From assembly GCA_965240325.2 (NCBI GenBank), contig OZ251222.1, positions 1,054,001 through 1,118,000 on the forward strand: DNA of 64,000 nucleotides, in the 5' to 3' direction. The notes under the pieces were generated by a model. It was given only the letters and a program-made list of their open reading frames with translations. It was not told the origin of the DNA and searched no databases. Numbering within the stretch: position 1 is the first letter of the stretch; the number at the start of each line of letters is the position of its first letter. Position numbers and translations under genes: made by a program. This stretch comes from Rebecca billardiae RCC1528 (lineage: Eukaryota; Protista; Haptophyta). Positions 44,473 through 55,368 of the stretch are shown in pieces.

Positions 44473-46617
44473 TTATGGCCCGCGGTGCAGGGCGGAGCGC
44501 GTAGCGTGGAGCCCCGCCGGGGGCCCTCACTACGTTGTCAAAAAGATCTTTTGATCAAAGAAAAGGGGATGGGGGACGATTTTGAGGGCTGTTGGAGGGT
44601 GAGTTTTCGACTTTTTGAGGGGGGGTATGCTGTCCATCACAGCTTAAAAGGCCGCGCCCGCTGCAATTCTTGTATCTACTATGGACGGACGTGGGATCAG
44701 ATACCCCGGGGGTGAAACAAGTGAGTATTCCTATCCCTCTTGTATGCTGAAGTACGAGTTTGCCGAGCGACGTTTGATTGTTTTGGGTCGAAAACAGCTA
44801 TGAAGCCAGATTCTTTTGAATAGTGCTTGTTCAAATACGTTACCCGTCTGTCTCGATGGATGAACCGCCTCGTCATATTAAAAGAGATTCTTTTCAATGG
44901 CGCTTGTCCAACCAAGTTACCCGTCTGCCTCGATGGATGAACCTCCTCGTAATATTGAAAGAGATTCTTTTGAATAGCGCTATTTAAAGCCAGTTACTCG
45001 CTTGCCTCGATGGATGAACCTCGTCCTGTACTCCTGTGCCATAAGCCCATAATGAAAGAGAGGCGCTTGTGAAAACAGGTTACCCGCCCGCCAGCGTTTG
45101 GATGCCGTGCAAAGGCGTGCGCGCCGCGCCGGTGCCCTCGCCCCGGTGGCGTGGGCTGGCTGGCTGCTGGTCTCGCCCACGCGCCCCACTCGCCCCAAGC
45201 GCGCAACGCCTGCGGGAAGCGCCGGCACCATACCTAACTAACCTGCGCGTCGACGCCCGTCCCGCTGCCGCGGCCCGCGCCCTCGATCGATCGTCGATCG
45301 GACCGCGTGCGTGCGACTCCGTCCGCGCCCGCGCGCAGGGTGGGAGGGGCTGATGCAGGAGCAGATGCAGGACTACCTCGAAATTGCACGCGACGAGGAG
45401 GTGCCCAGCGCGCACTTTACGCTGCGCGCATCATCGAGTGGTCGCCCAGCGAGCGCGGGCAGCCACCGCCGCCGGCTGACGGCGGGCGCAGCAGCGCAGC
45501 TGCCAGCTGCGGACGCGCAGCGGGCGCGGAGTGGAGGCCGGCGCGGCGGCCGGGCAGCGGCGGCCGGCGCGGCAGCACGCTCGTATACATCGCGGCAGCT
45601 ACCGCCGTCGTGCGGGGAAAGCACACGCTCTCGGCGGCTTCCAAGATGCCGACGGGCCACGGCGTGCAGGCTGCGTGCGCGCTGCAGTGGCTGTGTCGAG
45701 CTGCTGCGGCGTGTGCTCGAGGCGCGGCGCTCGCACGGGCTACGCGGGCGCAGCGGGTGCGCGCAGCTGGCGCACGCAGTGCCACGTCCTGCGGCGCCAG
45801 TTTGGCGGCCGTCCGCCCCCCCGAGCTCGAGTTCTGCGCGCTTTGCGACGGCGCGGCCGGCCGCGCCCATCTGCCTGCTTGCTTGGGCACGCCAGCATGG
45901 CCGCCGCCGGGCCTGCTACGCGCGCCGAAGCTGGAGGGCGGAGGAGGGCGCTGGGCTGCTCCTACGGCGTGCTGCAGCCCGGGCAGGCTCTACCGCGGCG
46001 CGGCGAGGCCGTCGCGCCTGCTCGCCGCCGTCGAGTCGCCCGTGCTGCGTGACCCTCGGCCGCACGTGCTCGGCGGCACCGCAGCAGGCGTCCCATACCA
46101 CGGTATGCTCGAGCCGCTGTGCGCACCCAAGGCGCGAGCTGCTCGAGCGGGCCAGGTGGGCCCAGGGGGTGCGCGCAGCTGGCACACGCAGCCCCGCGTC
46201 ATGGGGTGTCGGTTTGACGGTCGCCAGCCCCTGTGGGCTCGAGCGCTGTGCGCTTCACCACGGAGGTGCCGGCAGCGCCCCGCGGCGCGCAACGGCGGGG
46301 CAGCATGGCCGCCGCCGGCGCCGCCGCACATGCCGCCGCTTACGGGCAGTCGAGAGCTTGGGGCAGCACCTACGGCGCATGCTGCAGCTCGGGCGGGCTC
46401 TGCCAGCCTGCTGTGGCGTGATCGCGCATTTTCCAGACCGTCGACTCGCCCGCGCTGCATAATATTCCATTATTCGTTTGCCGCGCGTGCTCGACGGCGC
46501 TCCGCGCTGCTGCTGCCGCTACGGCCGCGCGTTGGACGGACAGCATATGCCGACGGAGGGTGCACCGCGGGCCCCTAACTACGTTGGTTCTATGGAAGGA
46601 CCGCGGAACGCGGTCAT
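44473..46617 (+). mobile_element. Non-autonomous Helitron2/Helentron-like element, copy H2
   Basis: 5' TTATGGCCCGCGGTGCA; inverted copy TGCACCGCGGGCC at 46561-46573; hairpin GACCGCG-GAA-CGCGGTC at 46599-46615; about 200 bp of 5' and about 55 bp of 3' sequence shared with H1. Confidence 0.72.
44808..45090 (+). repeat. 77-bp minisatellite (about 3.5 imperfect units) inside H2
   Basis: GTTACYCG...CTCGATGGATGAACC starts at 44839, 44916 and 44993 (77-bp period), with a degenerate start at 45079. Confidence 0.9.
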
Positions 46618-46707
46618 TAGCAGTAGTAACTAAGCTAGTCTTTCTGCGGACGACATCTCGTCTGCCAACTCTTATTAACAATCGATCGTATTAACGAATG
46701 TCTAATG

Positions 46708-46887
<180 letters not shown>

Positions 46888-47484
46888 AACTAGCTAGCAG
46901 GTGATGATGATTCATATTCATCAACATGAACAGTCTAGACTGAGTACAGAGTAAGCAGACAGAGTTCAGACAGACAGACTCCGAATGCCAGTCATCGTTA
47001 TTGGCGGTATCTTCAAGTTCAAACTAGCCACGGGGCCGACGGCGGTTCCGCCGCCGTTCCGCGCGGCAATAAAAGCCAATAATATACATATATAGATTCT
47101 GGCCGCGGGGCATCTGCGCCTGCTGCCAACCGGCCCGCCGCCAGTGCCCGCGCTGCTAATAAACCAGCCATTTGGCGGCGCTGTCATCAGCCCGCGAGCC
47201 GATTTACTATAATTTAGTCATTTAAGCTTTTAGGAATTTAGCGCTGTCGGTCGGCCAGTGAATGAAGCCCGTGCGTGATGTCGGCGAACGCCATCATCGG
47301 GCGTCAACGGGGTTCCATCAGGCATATCATAGTTATTTAGCTGCTGCATAAGTATGCTGCTTAGTCATAGGAACTCAGCTTGCGCCTGTCGGCCTGTGTC
47401 TGGCAGATCGATGAGAGATCGAGGGCGAGGCCGATTTTCCTTTTATTCGTTTTATTCGTCGGCACATTTCAAAACGCGGGCGGG

Positions 47485-48371
47485 CCCTGGCCGATACACA
47501 CCCGGCCGCTCTGCGCGTGGTGGAACCACGCTCGCAGAGCGGCCGGGGCTAACCTCAGAGATCGGGCCCGTGACGAAACCCGTGGCAGCGCCTCGGGACG
47601 CGTGGCCGGCGCTGGGGGGCGACACGCGTGGTGCTCGTTTGGCGTGGCGCGGTGTCGGACCGGTCGCGCGCTTGGAAGATGGACGCACCTTCACGTTGTT
47701 CGGGCACTCCCGCATCAGGTCTATGCACGCGCGTCTCTCTCGCCGCCCGCGCGGGGCTCGCTTTCCGACCCGCCGCCTTTGCACCCGCCTCACAATCGAG
47801 CCGCTGTAACTCGTTATGGGCGGGAATGGGCGGGCTCAGACGCATTCTGCGCGGTGGTCTAGTGGTATGTGAGAAGGTTGGATGCGGCCGTTTTCTTGTC
47901 GTGGCTTGTCGTCGCTCACACGCGTCCACTTGGCTACCAGTGCGCACTGCCTGTGACTGCCTGTGCGCACGCGCTCTGACATCTCGGCTGGGGAGGGATC
48001 GGCATGCCGGTGTCACGACGAGCCCGGGCAAACGGAACTAATCGTAGTCTACTCCCAAGCCGCGCGCACCTGGCTGGAAGTGGCTGGCGAGCAAGTTGGA
48101 ACCGAATGCAATCATGATGGCACTCTACGCTCTGCTCAGCCTTGTCAGTGCGAGCACGACGGGAACGCCGTACGCGAGGCGAGGCGGCGCAATGAAGCGC
48201 GCCCCGATGGCGGAGAGCTCACCAACAGGATCGAAGAGCCCGCCCGCACCCTCAGGCGTGGCCGCGGGGCGCGCGTCCGGGACCGCCTCAGGCCCCTGAG
48301 ATTCGCCCCGGCCGCTCTGCGAGCATGGGTTTCCCCATGCGCAGAGCGGTAAGGGTGTGTATCGGCCAGGG
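47485..48371. mobile_element. Non-autonomous TIR element A (~75-bp imperfect TIRs with internal hairpin)
   Basis: CCCTGGCCGATACACACCC...GGGTGTGTATCGGCCAGGG, flanked by GCGGG on both sides. Confidence 0.78.
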
Positions 48372-48376
48372 GCGGG

Positions 48377-49219
48377 CCCTGGCTGGTTCAGACCCAGCCG
48401 TTTCGTGGTACCCACGAACAATAAATTGCTCCGTGCGGAGCGGCTGGGAAAGTCCAGCAAGGGCCTGAAAGGAGATCCGGCCACGAGGGCCTCGGCGTGC
48501 CGCCCGCCCTTGTGCCGACGCGCCGTCGCGCTCGCGGCTGTGACGCGTCGGCGGTCGCGCGCGCGGCTCTCGCGCGAGTCGGATAGACGTGGATCCCTCT
48601 TCGCCGGCGCCTCCACCTGGTGAGCGGTGCTCTCCCCCCCTTCGCGCTCGCCGCGCACTGCTTCTGTCCCAGAGTGCGGTCTGTGGGGCACCGCGCGTAC
48701 GCGTGGCCGGGCACCTCGCAAAACCTTCGCGGGCAACACTTTTGAGTGGCTGGCATGGGGGGGGACAGTGTGTACCGTGCGCTGAGTAGCTACCCGTGTA
48801 CGAGCGCGGAGGGGCCCGCACTCTTTTTTGGCCACACGTGTCACACTGTTCCATGGCCCGTTCTACCTTGTGTCCGTGTGCACGTACAAGTGGAGCAGGG
48901 CGGGGTGGGCGGCCCTTATCGCCGTCGGATGAGACCCAAAGATAGCATGTGCCACGCCGCACCGCGCTGCACCACCAGCCAACAATCTGGGCGGGCGGTA
49001 CCGGCGATCTGCGCGGCGCGATGGGCACGGGCAGCATGCCTGCCAGCATGACGGCGAACACGGCAAACCGCCTGCAAATCAGGTCCGCGGTCTGAACTCC
49101 GCGAATCCGGATTTCACGCACGGGAAGACCGAAACGCTTTTCCACTGGATATCGCTAGCCGCTCCGCGGGCCCGCGGAGCGGCCTCCCAAAAGGAGCGGC
49201 GGGTCTGAACTAGCCAGGG
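48377..49219. mobile_element. Non-autonomous TIR element B, in tandem with element A
   Basis: CCCTGGCTGGTTCAGACCC...GGGTCTGAACTAGCCAGGG (18/19 inverted match), flanked by GCGGG; perfect 26-bp palindrome at 49158-49183. Confidence 0.75.
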
Positions 49220-49280
49220 GCGGGCCCGGCACGGCGGAGGCCGGGCCAAAGGCCGCCACAGGCCCACAGCACGTGCAGTA

Positions 49281-50837
49281 ATGACGGTCGATCATGAATC
49301 GCTGCTGCTCGTGGGCTCGGGACGTGATTCTGAGCCGCGCAGGGCGCAGCGCAGGAGACTGCGCGTGCCACAGGTCGTGCTCGTGGCTTTGCTTGGGGCA
49401 GCTGTCCTCTGCCTGACGATTGGGGCGCGGTACAGAAGCCGTGGCGCTGCATCGCGGCTGCGCGACGATCAACCACCGCCAGAGCTGTACGACTGTGAGC
49501 TTCCAGTGCCACCAACGCGCGAGGATCCGCCCGCGTGCACGGAGACGCTGTTCACGCATCTCTTCCGTGCCAAGTTTGAGGAGATGCGGGCTTCGATCGT
49601 GAACATATCCGCCGCCTTCCCGCCACGCGACAACTCTGCGCACACCGCCTGGCGCGCCCGCCACGGACAGCTACGTGGTGTGAACGTCGGTGGGTGGCTC
49701 CTGCTCGAGCGGTGGCTGGTGGGGAAGGACCCGACCGTCGAGACGCGGTGCTGCGGCGCCGTGCAGTCGCCCTTCGACGGCACCACCTGGGAGACCGCGC
49801 CGGACGAGCTCAGCCTCACGCGCTGGCTGCGCGCCAACGGTGAGCTCTCGCGCATCAGCGCCTTCCGCGATACGTACATCAGCCGCGTCGACTTCGCGCT
49901 GATGCGCTGCCTCGGGCTGAACGCGGTGCGCATCCCGTTCGGCTACTGGCTCGCGACGCCGCCGGGCGTCGACGACGTCGACGGCTTCTTCCCCGGCCGC
50001 GGCCTCGAGTATCTCGACCGCGCGCTCGGCTGGGCGTCAGACTTTGGCCTCAAGGTCGTGCTCGACCTCCACGGCGCCCCGGGCGGGCAGAGCGGCGCGA
50101 TGACGTGCGGGCAGGAGGACCGCAACTGGGCGCCGGAGCGCTTCGGCGTGGACGCGACGGTCAGCGTGCTCGGGCGCATTGCGGCTCGCTACGCGGGGAA
50201 CCCCGCCGTGATCGGCATCGAGCTCCTGAACGAGCCCACACTTCCGCGCGAGCTCGCGCTCAGCGTGTACGGGCGCGCGATCGCGGCGGTGCGCGGCGCT
50301 GGGATGGCCGCCGAGGATGTGGCCATCGTGATCAACCTGTACGGCTTCGGCGAGCTATCCGTGGAGGGCTCCGTGTGGCAGGGCCTGCTCTCCGAGGGCG
50401 GGCTGCCGCCTGCCGAGAATCTGATCATCGATCTTCACCTGTACTACAACACGCTGCCACGCGTGTTCGCCCTCGTGCCTCTGTGCTACGTGACGAGCGA
50501 GCTCGTGGACGCGCAGTCGCGGCTGCTGTCGCTCCTCGGGCTGCCGACGATGGTGGGCGAGTGGTCGCTGCGCCTGCCATGGCAGGGAGAGCTCGCGCGC
50601 CAGTTCGAGGCGATGACGGCTCCTCAGCAGGACGCGTTTCTGGCTGCCTTCGCGCGAAGGCAAGTGGAGGGCATGGCGGCGGCCAACGCGAGCAGCGTGG
50701 GCGGCTTCTACTGGACGTGGACTGCGCCCGAGACCGAGGCGCAGTGGAGCCTGCTCCGCGTGCTGCAGAACTCCTGGCTCGTCCCAGGCGCTTGGACGCG
50801 TGCCCGTGAAGCAGGGGTCGTCTTGCCCCGACGGTGA
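49281..50837 (+). CDS. Glycoside hydrolase family 5, exo-beta-1,3-glucanase-like, N-terminal membrane anchor
   Basis: RGVNVGGWLLLERW, NAVRIPFGYW, VVLDLHGAPGGQ, IELLNEP (acid/base), DLHLYY, VGEWS (nucleophile), FYWTW. Confidence 0.92.
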   Translation: MTVDHESLLLVGSGRDSEPRRAQRRRLRVPQVVLVALLGAAVLCLTIGARYRSRGAASRLRDDQPPPELYDCELPVPPTREDPPACTETLFTHLFRAKFEEMRASIVNISAAFPPRDNSAHTAWRARHGQLRGVNVGGWLLLERWLVGKDPTVETRCCGAVQSPFDGTTWETAPDELSLTRWLRANGELSRISAFRDTYISRVDFALMRCLGLNAVRIPFGYWLATPPGVDDVDGFFPGRGLEYLDRALGWASDFGLKVVLDLHGAPGGQSGAMTCGQEDRNWAPERFGVDATVSVLGRIAARYAGNPAVIGIELLNEPTLPRELALSVYGRAIAAVRGAGMAAEDVAIVINLYGFGELSVEGSVWQGLLSEGGLPPAENLIIDLHLYYNTLPRVFALVPLCYVTSELVDAQSRLLSLLGLPTMVGEWSLRLPWQGELARQFEAMTAPQQDAFLAAFARRQVEGMAAANASSVGGFYWTWTAPETEAQWSLLRVLQNSWLVPGAWTRAREAGVVLPRR

Positions 50838-51645
50838 TCTATCTGCCAGGGGGACTGGAATCTGACTGACAATGTCATCGCACTGGGTCACTAGAACGAG
50901 TCACTAACACTTAACAGTGACTAGACGACTGGTCGCCGCGCGTCATTGTTATAGTAGGTCGTCACAGTAGTGACTAGTGACAATGCATGCGCGCGCCATT
51001 TTTGATCCCGCCGCCGGATTCCGGGGCCGGCGGCCGATCCGCGCCCGCGGCCGATCAGTGCCCGATCACTGCGATATTGCGCACGACTCATACATATATA
51101 TCGGCATCGTCATCATTCACATCAGCACTTTGTCACATACGTAGGTGCCATAGGACTTCAGGACTTCACTTTGATGTCACTTCATTGCGCACGTAGTCTC
51201 AGCCAGAACTTTGACACGTGTGACGTGACGCACGACTGCTCGGTGACGTTGTCAGTCCACTCACAGTCACTCGCCTCCCGATCACCGATGCCCCGCCGAT
51301 TCGGTCCGACGGCGACCACTGGTGTACTCATCACAGTACTGGTGCATGTACGTCACAGTGGGTGTGTCAACCCGGCGGCCCTGTCTGTCGCCTGTGCTGT
51401 AGTAGTATGAGTAGATATTGTCGTCAGACATCAGTACGTATGGAGCAGCCAACGCGGACACCGTCACCGTGATTATGACCGTGAGTAATATTACCGTCGG
51501 CGTCGTCACCCGTGAGGCGCGACCCAGGCCGCCCGCGCACACCGTCGGGTGGCAGTGCTGCTGTGGTCGGTGCGGCTCGGCTGATCCCCCGAACGCCCGC
51601 TTGGTCGCACATGTTGGCAACCGGCGCGTCCACGCCGTGAGCTGC

Positions 51646-52422
51646 TCAAAGAGCGGGCTCGCCTCCGCGGCTTTGTCTAGCATCGTCGGCCACCTGGTCG
51701 TCGAAGGCTGGTTGTTCCGCCTCCTCAAGGGCGCTCTCGGTTGTGGGCGACTTGAGAGGCACGGTCTCTTCCGCAGTGGGCTGCGAGCTGGCGGCCGGGA
51801 AGCACGCCTTGAGCAGAAGTTGCAGACCCGCGAGACCCACGCCGAGCACGTTGGGCACCGAGATCCACGGGTCCTCGATGGCGAGCCCGTACGCAGCCCA
51901 CATGCCGCAGTTGAGCAGCTGCGCGATCGTGAGCGAGGCGAGGATCGAGCCGGCGTCGCGCGCTCGGATGACTTCGACTGCGGTGGAGAGCGGCGACGCG
52001 TACAGAATGACGCTGATCGTGGTCGCAAACCCGCCCATGAAGATTTTCCGCTGCGATTCCGGCAGCCAGAGGTGCGCAAACGTCCACTCGTTTGTGCTGA
52101 TGATGGCTGCCGAAACGATCAGCATCCTGAACGTCGCCAGGCCCGGGTCGGAGCCCATGAGTGGTAGCACGGACACGACGTACCAGATGGTCAGCGCGAT
52201 GCCAGGACCACTCGCAGCAATAATGTACCGGTTCGGAAGCGCACACCCGTAGCCAGTCCATGTCACTGTTGAGAGGACCATGAGTGCGATCGGAGTTGTG
52301 TTGAGGTCGTCCAACCGACGCTCGCGGATGACGCGCAGGACGGCCGGCATGGGTGAGAGGTACAGCGCGAGTGATAGGACGACACCCAACGAGGGGCAGA
52401 TCACCTCGGTGAATACACCCAT
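51646..52422 (-). CDS. SWEET (MtN3/saliva) sugar transporter
   Basis: Two MtN3 repeats: LYLSPMP...P...WTGYG and LYASPLS...VIR...NCGMWAAYGL..DPWISVPNVLG...LQL. Confidence 0.92.
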   Translation of the reverse strand: MGVFTEVICPSLGVVLSLALYLSPMPAVLRVIRERRLDDLNTTPIALMVLSTVTWTGYGCALPNRYIIAASGPGIALTIWYVVSVLPLMGSDPGLATFRMLIVSAAIISTNEWTFAHLWLPESQRKIFMGGFATTISVILYASPLSTAVEVIRARDAGSILASLTIAQLLNCGMWAAYGLAIEDPWISVPNVLGVGLAGLQLLLKACFPAASSQPTAEETVPLKSPTTESALEEAEQPAFDDQVADDARQSRGGEPAL

Positions 52423-52844
52423 CGTGCACGCGCCGAACCGCGCTCCCAACTGCACGGAGCTCAATCGAAACGAGGATGGCGCATGGCACGGCACGGTCGT
52501 CCTGATGCGCCCCCCTCCCCCGGCTGGTTCACGAGTCCGGATCTGGAGTGTGTCGACGCTGCGCACCCGCCGAGAACGGAGATCGAATAAGAATGAGGGT
52601 GAGCCGTTCTGAGCCTGGAAGTGCGCTGCTGTCCACGCTCCCCAGCCCGACAGCCCGACCCGACGGCCACTCACTCGACTGCTGACTACAGTCTACAGAC
52701 TACAGTCGTGACTGCTCCTTGCTCCGCGGCTCCGCGCCGCTGATACTTAGACTGCTGCCAGCCGCAGCAGCCAGCCTGCTGCTCCCGGGGCAGTTACTAG
52801 TCACCAATGATGCCGCAGGGCAGACGGGCTTCAGAGTTCAGCCT

Positions 52845-53972
52845 TCACCGCTGCGCGCGACTGCGCTGCGCCTTGGACGGCTTTGATTGCCGCCTGCCGC
52901 CACCGTGCGAGCGCGGACCCTGCGCCTGTGCGACCGGACCGCGCGGCAGCGTGACGACGGGCTTCGGCTCCGGCGGCTTCTCGCGCTTCTGCTCGCTCGC
53001 GGCGGCTGCCGCGTCCACTGTGGGGGGGAGGCCAACGAGCCTGCGGAAGGCGGCCGAGCGGAGCAGCGCGGTCTGCCCCACGCCGATCAGGTTGGTCGCG
53101 GAGAAGTACAGCACGACTGCGCTGCTCATGTTCGCCATGATGGGTAGGAAGAAGACGGACAGGCCCATGCCCGCGTACCGCATCATCTCAGCCTGCTGCT
53201 TGCTCGCCACGTTGGCCGGGTCCTGTAGGTACGTGGTCAGGAAGAAGCTGGCGGACGCGGCGATGGGCAGGCCGTACATCGGGTCGGGCACGGAGAGGTC
53301 GGGGAACCACAGCAGCCCGCCCGTCTCGAAGCCGTGCCAGGGCGAGCCCGTCTTGTGGCTGCTCATCGCCAGCAGCGCCGAATAGCCAAAGATGAGGACT
53401 GGGAGTTGCGCGAGGATGGGTACAAGTGAGTACAGGGGGTTGCAGTTGTTGTCCGAGTAGAGCTTGAAGATCTTGGTGCGCAGCGCGAGGGCGCGCGCGC
53501 GCCCCGAGTCTGTGTTCATGTCGCACTGCTGCTGCTGCTCCATCATCTCGTCCGTCTTCGGCTTGAGCTTTGTGACCATCGCGGCGTTGCGCATGCTGAA
53601 GAGGGTGACAGGGAAGATGACGACACGCGTGGCGATGGTGAGGGCGGTGATGGTGCCCCACCACTCGAGGCCGCCGGTGGTGTGAATCCAGTCGATGGCC
53701 TCCATCATCCGATGCGTCGCCCACCACGAGTCCGGGGCCACCAGCTCGGCGTAGCCCGCCATCGTCGGGTCAGGCGGGCTCGGGAACGGGGCGCCTACGG
53801 GCGGTGGCGACGCCTCGGGCCCGGCGGGGGCGGCGGTGGAGAGAGCGCGCGCGCCGAAAGCATGGGACTGTGCGAGCTGAGCTCTGCACGGCAGCAGCGT
53901 ACGGCGGCACGCGCCCGATGCGATGGTGGTCCACCGTGCCGTGCGTAAGGCACGTGGGCCGACGAGCGCCAT
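52845..53972 (-). CDS. OXA1: Mitochondrial inner-membrane insertase, Oxa1/YidC family
   Basis: Arg-rich presequence; GLEWWGTI..LTIATR..IFP, NPL...PILAQLP, GGLLWFPDLSVPDPMYGLP, SAVVLYF..TN. Confidence 0.9.
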   Translation of the reverse strand: MALVGPRALRTARWTTIASGACRRTLLPCRAQLAQSHAFGARALSTAAPAGPEASPPPVGAPFPSPPDPTMAGYAELVAPDSWWATHRMMEAIDWIHTTGGLEWWGTITALTIATRVVIFPVTLFSMRNAAMVTKLKPKTDEMMEQQQQCDMNTDSGRARALALRTKIFKLYSDNNCNPLYSLVPILAQLPVLIFGYSALLAMSSHKTGSPWHGFETGGLLWFPDLSVPDPMYGLPIAASASFFLTTYLQDPANVASKQQAEMMRYAGMGLSVFFLPIMANMSSAVVLYFSATNLIGVGQTALLRSAAFRRLVGLPPTVDAAAAASEQKREKPPEPKPVVTLPRGPVAQAQGPRSHGGGRRQSKPSKAQRSRAQR

Positions 53973-54119
53973 CGCTTGTCGTCGTCCGCGGCGCCGGATG
54001 CAAAAGTTATTGCAAACGCGCTGCTGGCCGGACTTTCGAGACGACTTTCATAGTTTCGTCATCAGTGGGCGTGCGTCCTCGGCTCGATCACGCCACGGAC
54101 CCGGCCAAGCGGACTTTCG

Positions 54120-55160
54120 ATGTCCACGGCCGCGCGGGCGGGGCCGCTCCTCCTCGTAGTGATCTCTCAGTGTGCGTTGGCTAGCGCGTTGTCGATGAGT
54201 GGCGTGGCACGGCCGGTACCTACCGTCGCGACGGTGGGCTCGATTAACGCCGATGTGTACGTCGAGATCCCCCGCCTGCCCGCCGAGGGCGAGACGCTGT
54301 CAGCCATTGGGGACTCCGCCATCCTGCCTGGCGGGAAGGGCGCCAACCAGGCGGCGGCCGCGGCACGGCTGGGCGCGCGATCGCTTATGATCGGCCAAGT
54401 TGGCGCGACCGACGATTACGGCCCGCAGATGCTGGGCCACGCGCAGGCATGCGGCGTGGACACGAGCCTGGTCACACGGCACCCGACCGCTCAGACGGGG
54501 CAGGCGTTCATTCTGCTGCAGCCGAGCGGCGAGAACTCGATCATCATCATCGGCGGCGCGAACCAGGACTGGCCGGTGGATGAGCCGCTCAAGGAGTTCG
54601 CCTGCACGGCGATCCGCGAGGCGAGCTGCCTGCTCCTCCAGCGCGAGATCCCCGAGCACGTGAACGCGTTTGCCGCGCGCGCGGCCGCTGAAGCTGGCGT
54701 GCCTGTCATTCTGGATGCGGGCGGTGTTGACGAGCCGCTCGACGCGGAGATCCTACGGCTGTGCACGTGCGTCAGCCCGAACGAGACGGAGCTGTCGCGG
54801 CTCACGCGGATGAGCACCGACACGGATGACGAGGTGATCGCCGCCGCGAACGCGCTGCGCAAGATGGGTGTGAGCCAGGTGCTGGTCAAGCTGGGTGCCC
54901 GCGGCTGCGTCCTTGTGAGCGGCGGCGCGGAGCCGACGTGGCAGTCGGCGTTTCCCGTGGCGAGCGTGGTGGACACGACGGGTGCGGGCGACTGCTTCAC
55001 TGCAGCGTACGCGGTGGCGATCTCCGAGGGCATGCGCCCCGACGCGGCCCTCCGCTTTGCGTCCGCCGCTGCGGCCATCACGATTCAGAACAAGGGCGCG
55101 ATGAACAGCCTGCCGCCGCGCGAGGCTGTCGACGACCTCATGGCGGAGGTCGTCCCCTGA
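54120..55160 (+). CDS. RBKS: Ribokinase (PfkB family) with N-terminal signal-like leader
   Basis: VGSINAD, PGGKGANQAAAAARLG, TGQAFI..GENSI...GAN, LLQREIP, PNETEL, VDTTGAGDCF. Confidence 0.93.
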   Translation: MSTAARAGPLLLVVISQCALASALSMSGVARPVPTVATVGSINADVYVEIPRLPAEGETLSAIGDSAILPGGKGANQAAAAARLGARSLMIGQVGATDDYGPQMLGHAQACGVDTSLVTRHPTAQTGQAFILLQPSGENSIIIIGGANQDWPVDEPLKEFACTAIREASCLLLQREIPEHVNAFAARAAAEAGVPVILDAGGVDEPLDAEILRLCTCVSPNETELSRLTRMSTDTDDEVIAAANALRKMGVSQVLVKLGARGCVLVSGGAEPTWQSAFPVASVVDTTGAGDCFTAAYAVAISEGMRPDAALRFASAAAAITIQNKGAMNSLPPREAVDDLMAEVVP

Positions 55161-55368
55161 GTCGGTGGTGGGCCATCTTCATAATCCGTGACCGTGGGTG
55201 CCACGGTGATGGCAATCGCGCCTGACGATGGATCAGTGACGACGCCGATGATGACATCGATGATTGAGCTTAGTTAGTAGTTACTCACCGGAGGCTCGCA
55301 TCCGACTACAAGTCGGCGCCGGGGGCCTGGCCCTGATGACTCCTGAGTCCGCCCAGCTGGGCACGGCC

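Noticed and set aside
44808-45090. CRISPR-like array
   Set aside because: The whole 77-bp unit repeats with no unique spacers, the context is eukaryotic and no cas genes are present.
45350-45720. hAT transposase dimerisation-domain remnant
   Set aside because: Only vague resemblance; the key WW and SER.FS residues are absent.
37531-46617. One composite Pack-type transposon carrying SLX1, TRM112, the PanE-like and 2OG genes between inverted repeats
   Set aside because: Each repeat resolves into its own complete element with 5' and 3' ends, the 5' ends face the genes, and no TSD flanks the whole unit.
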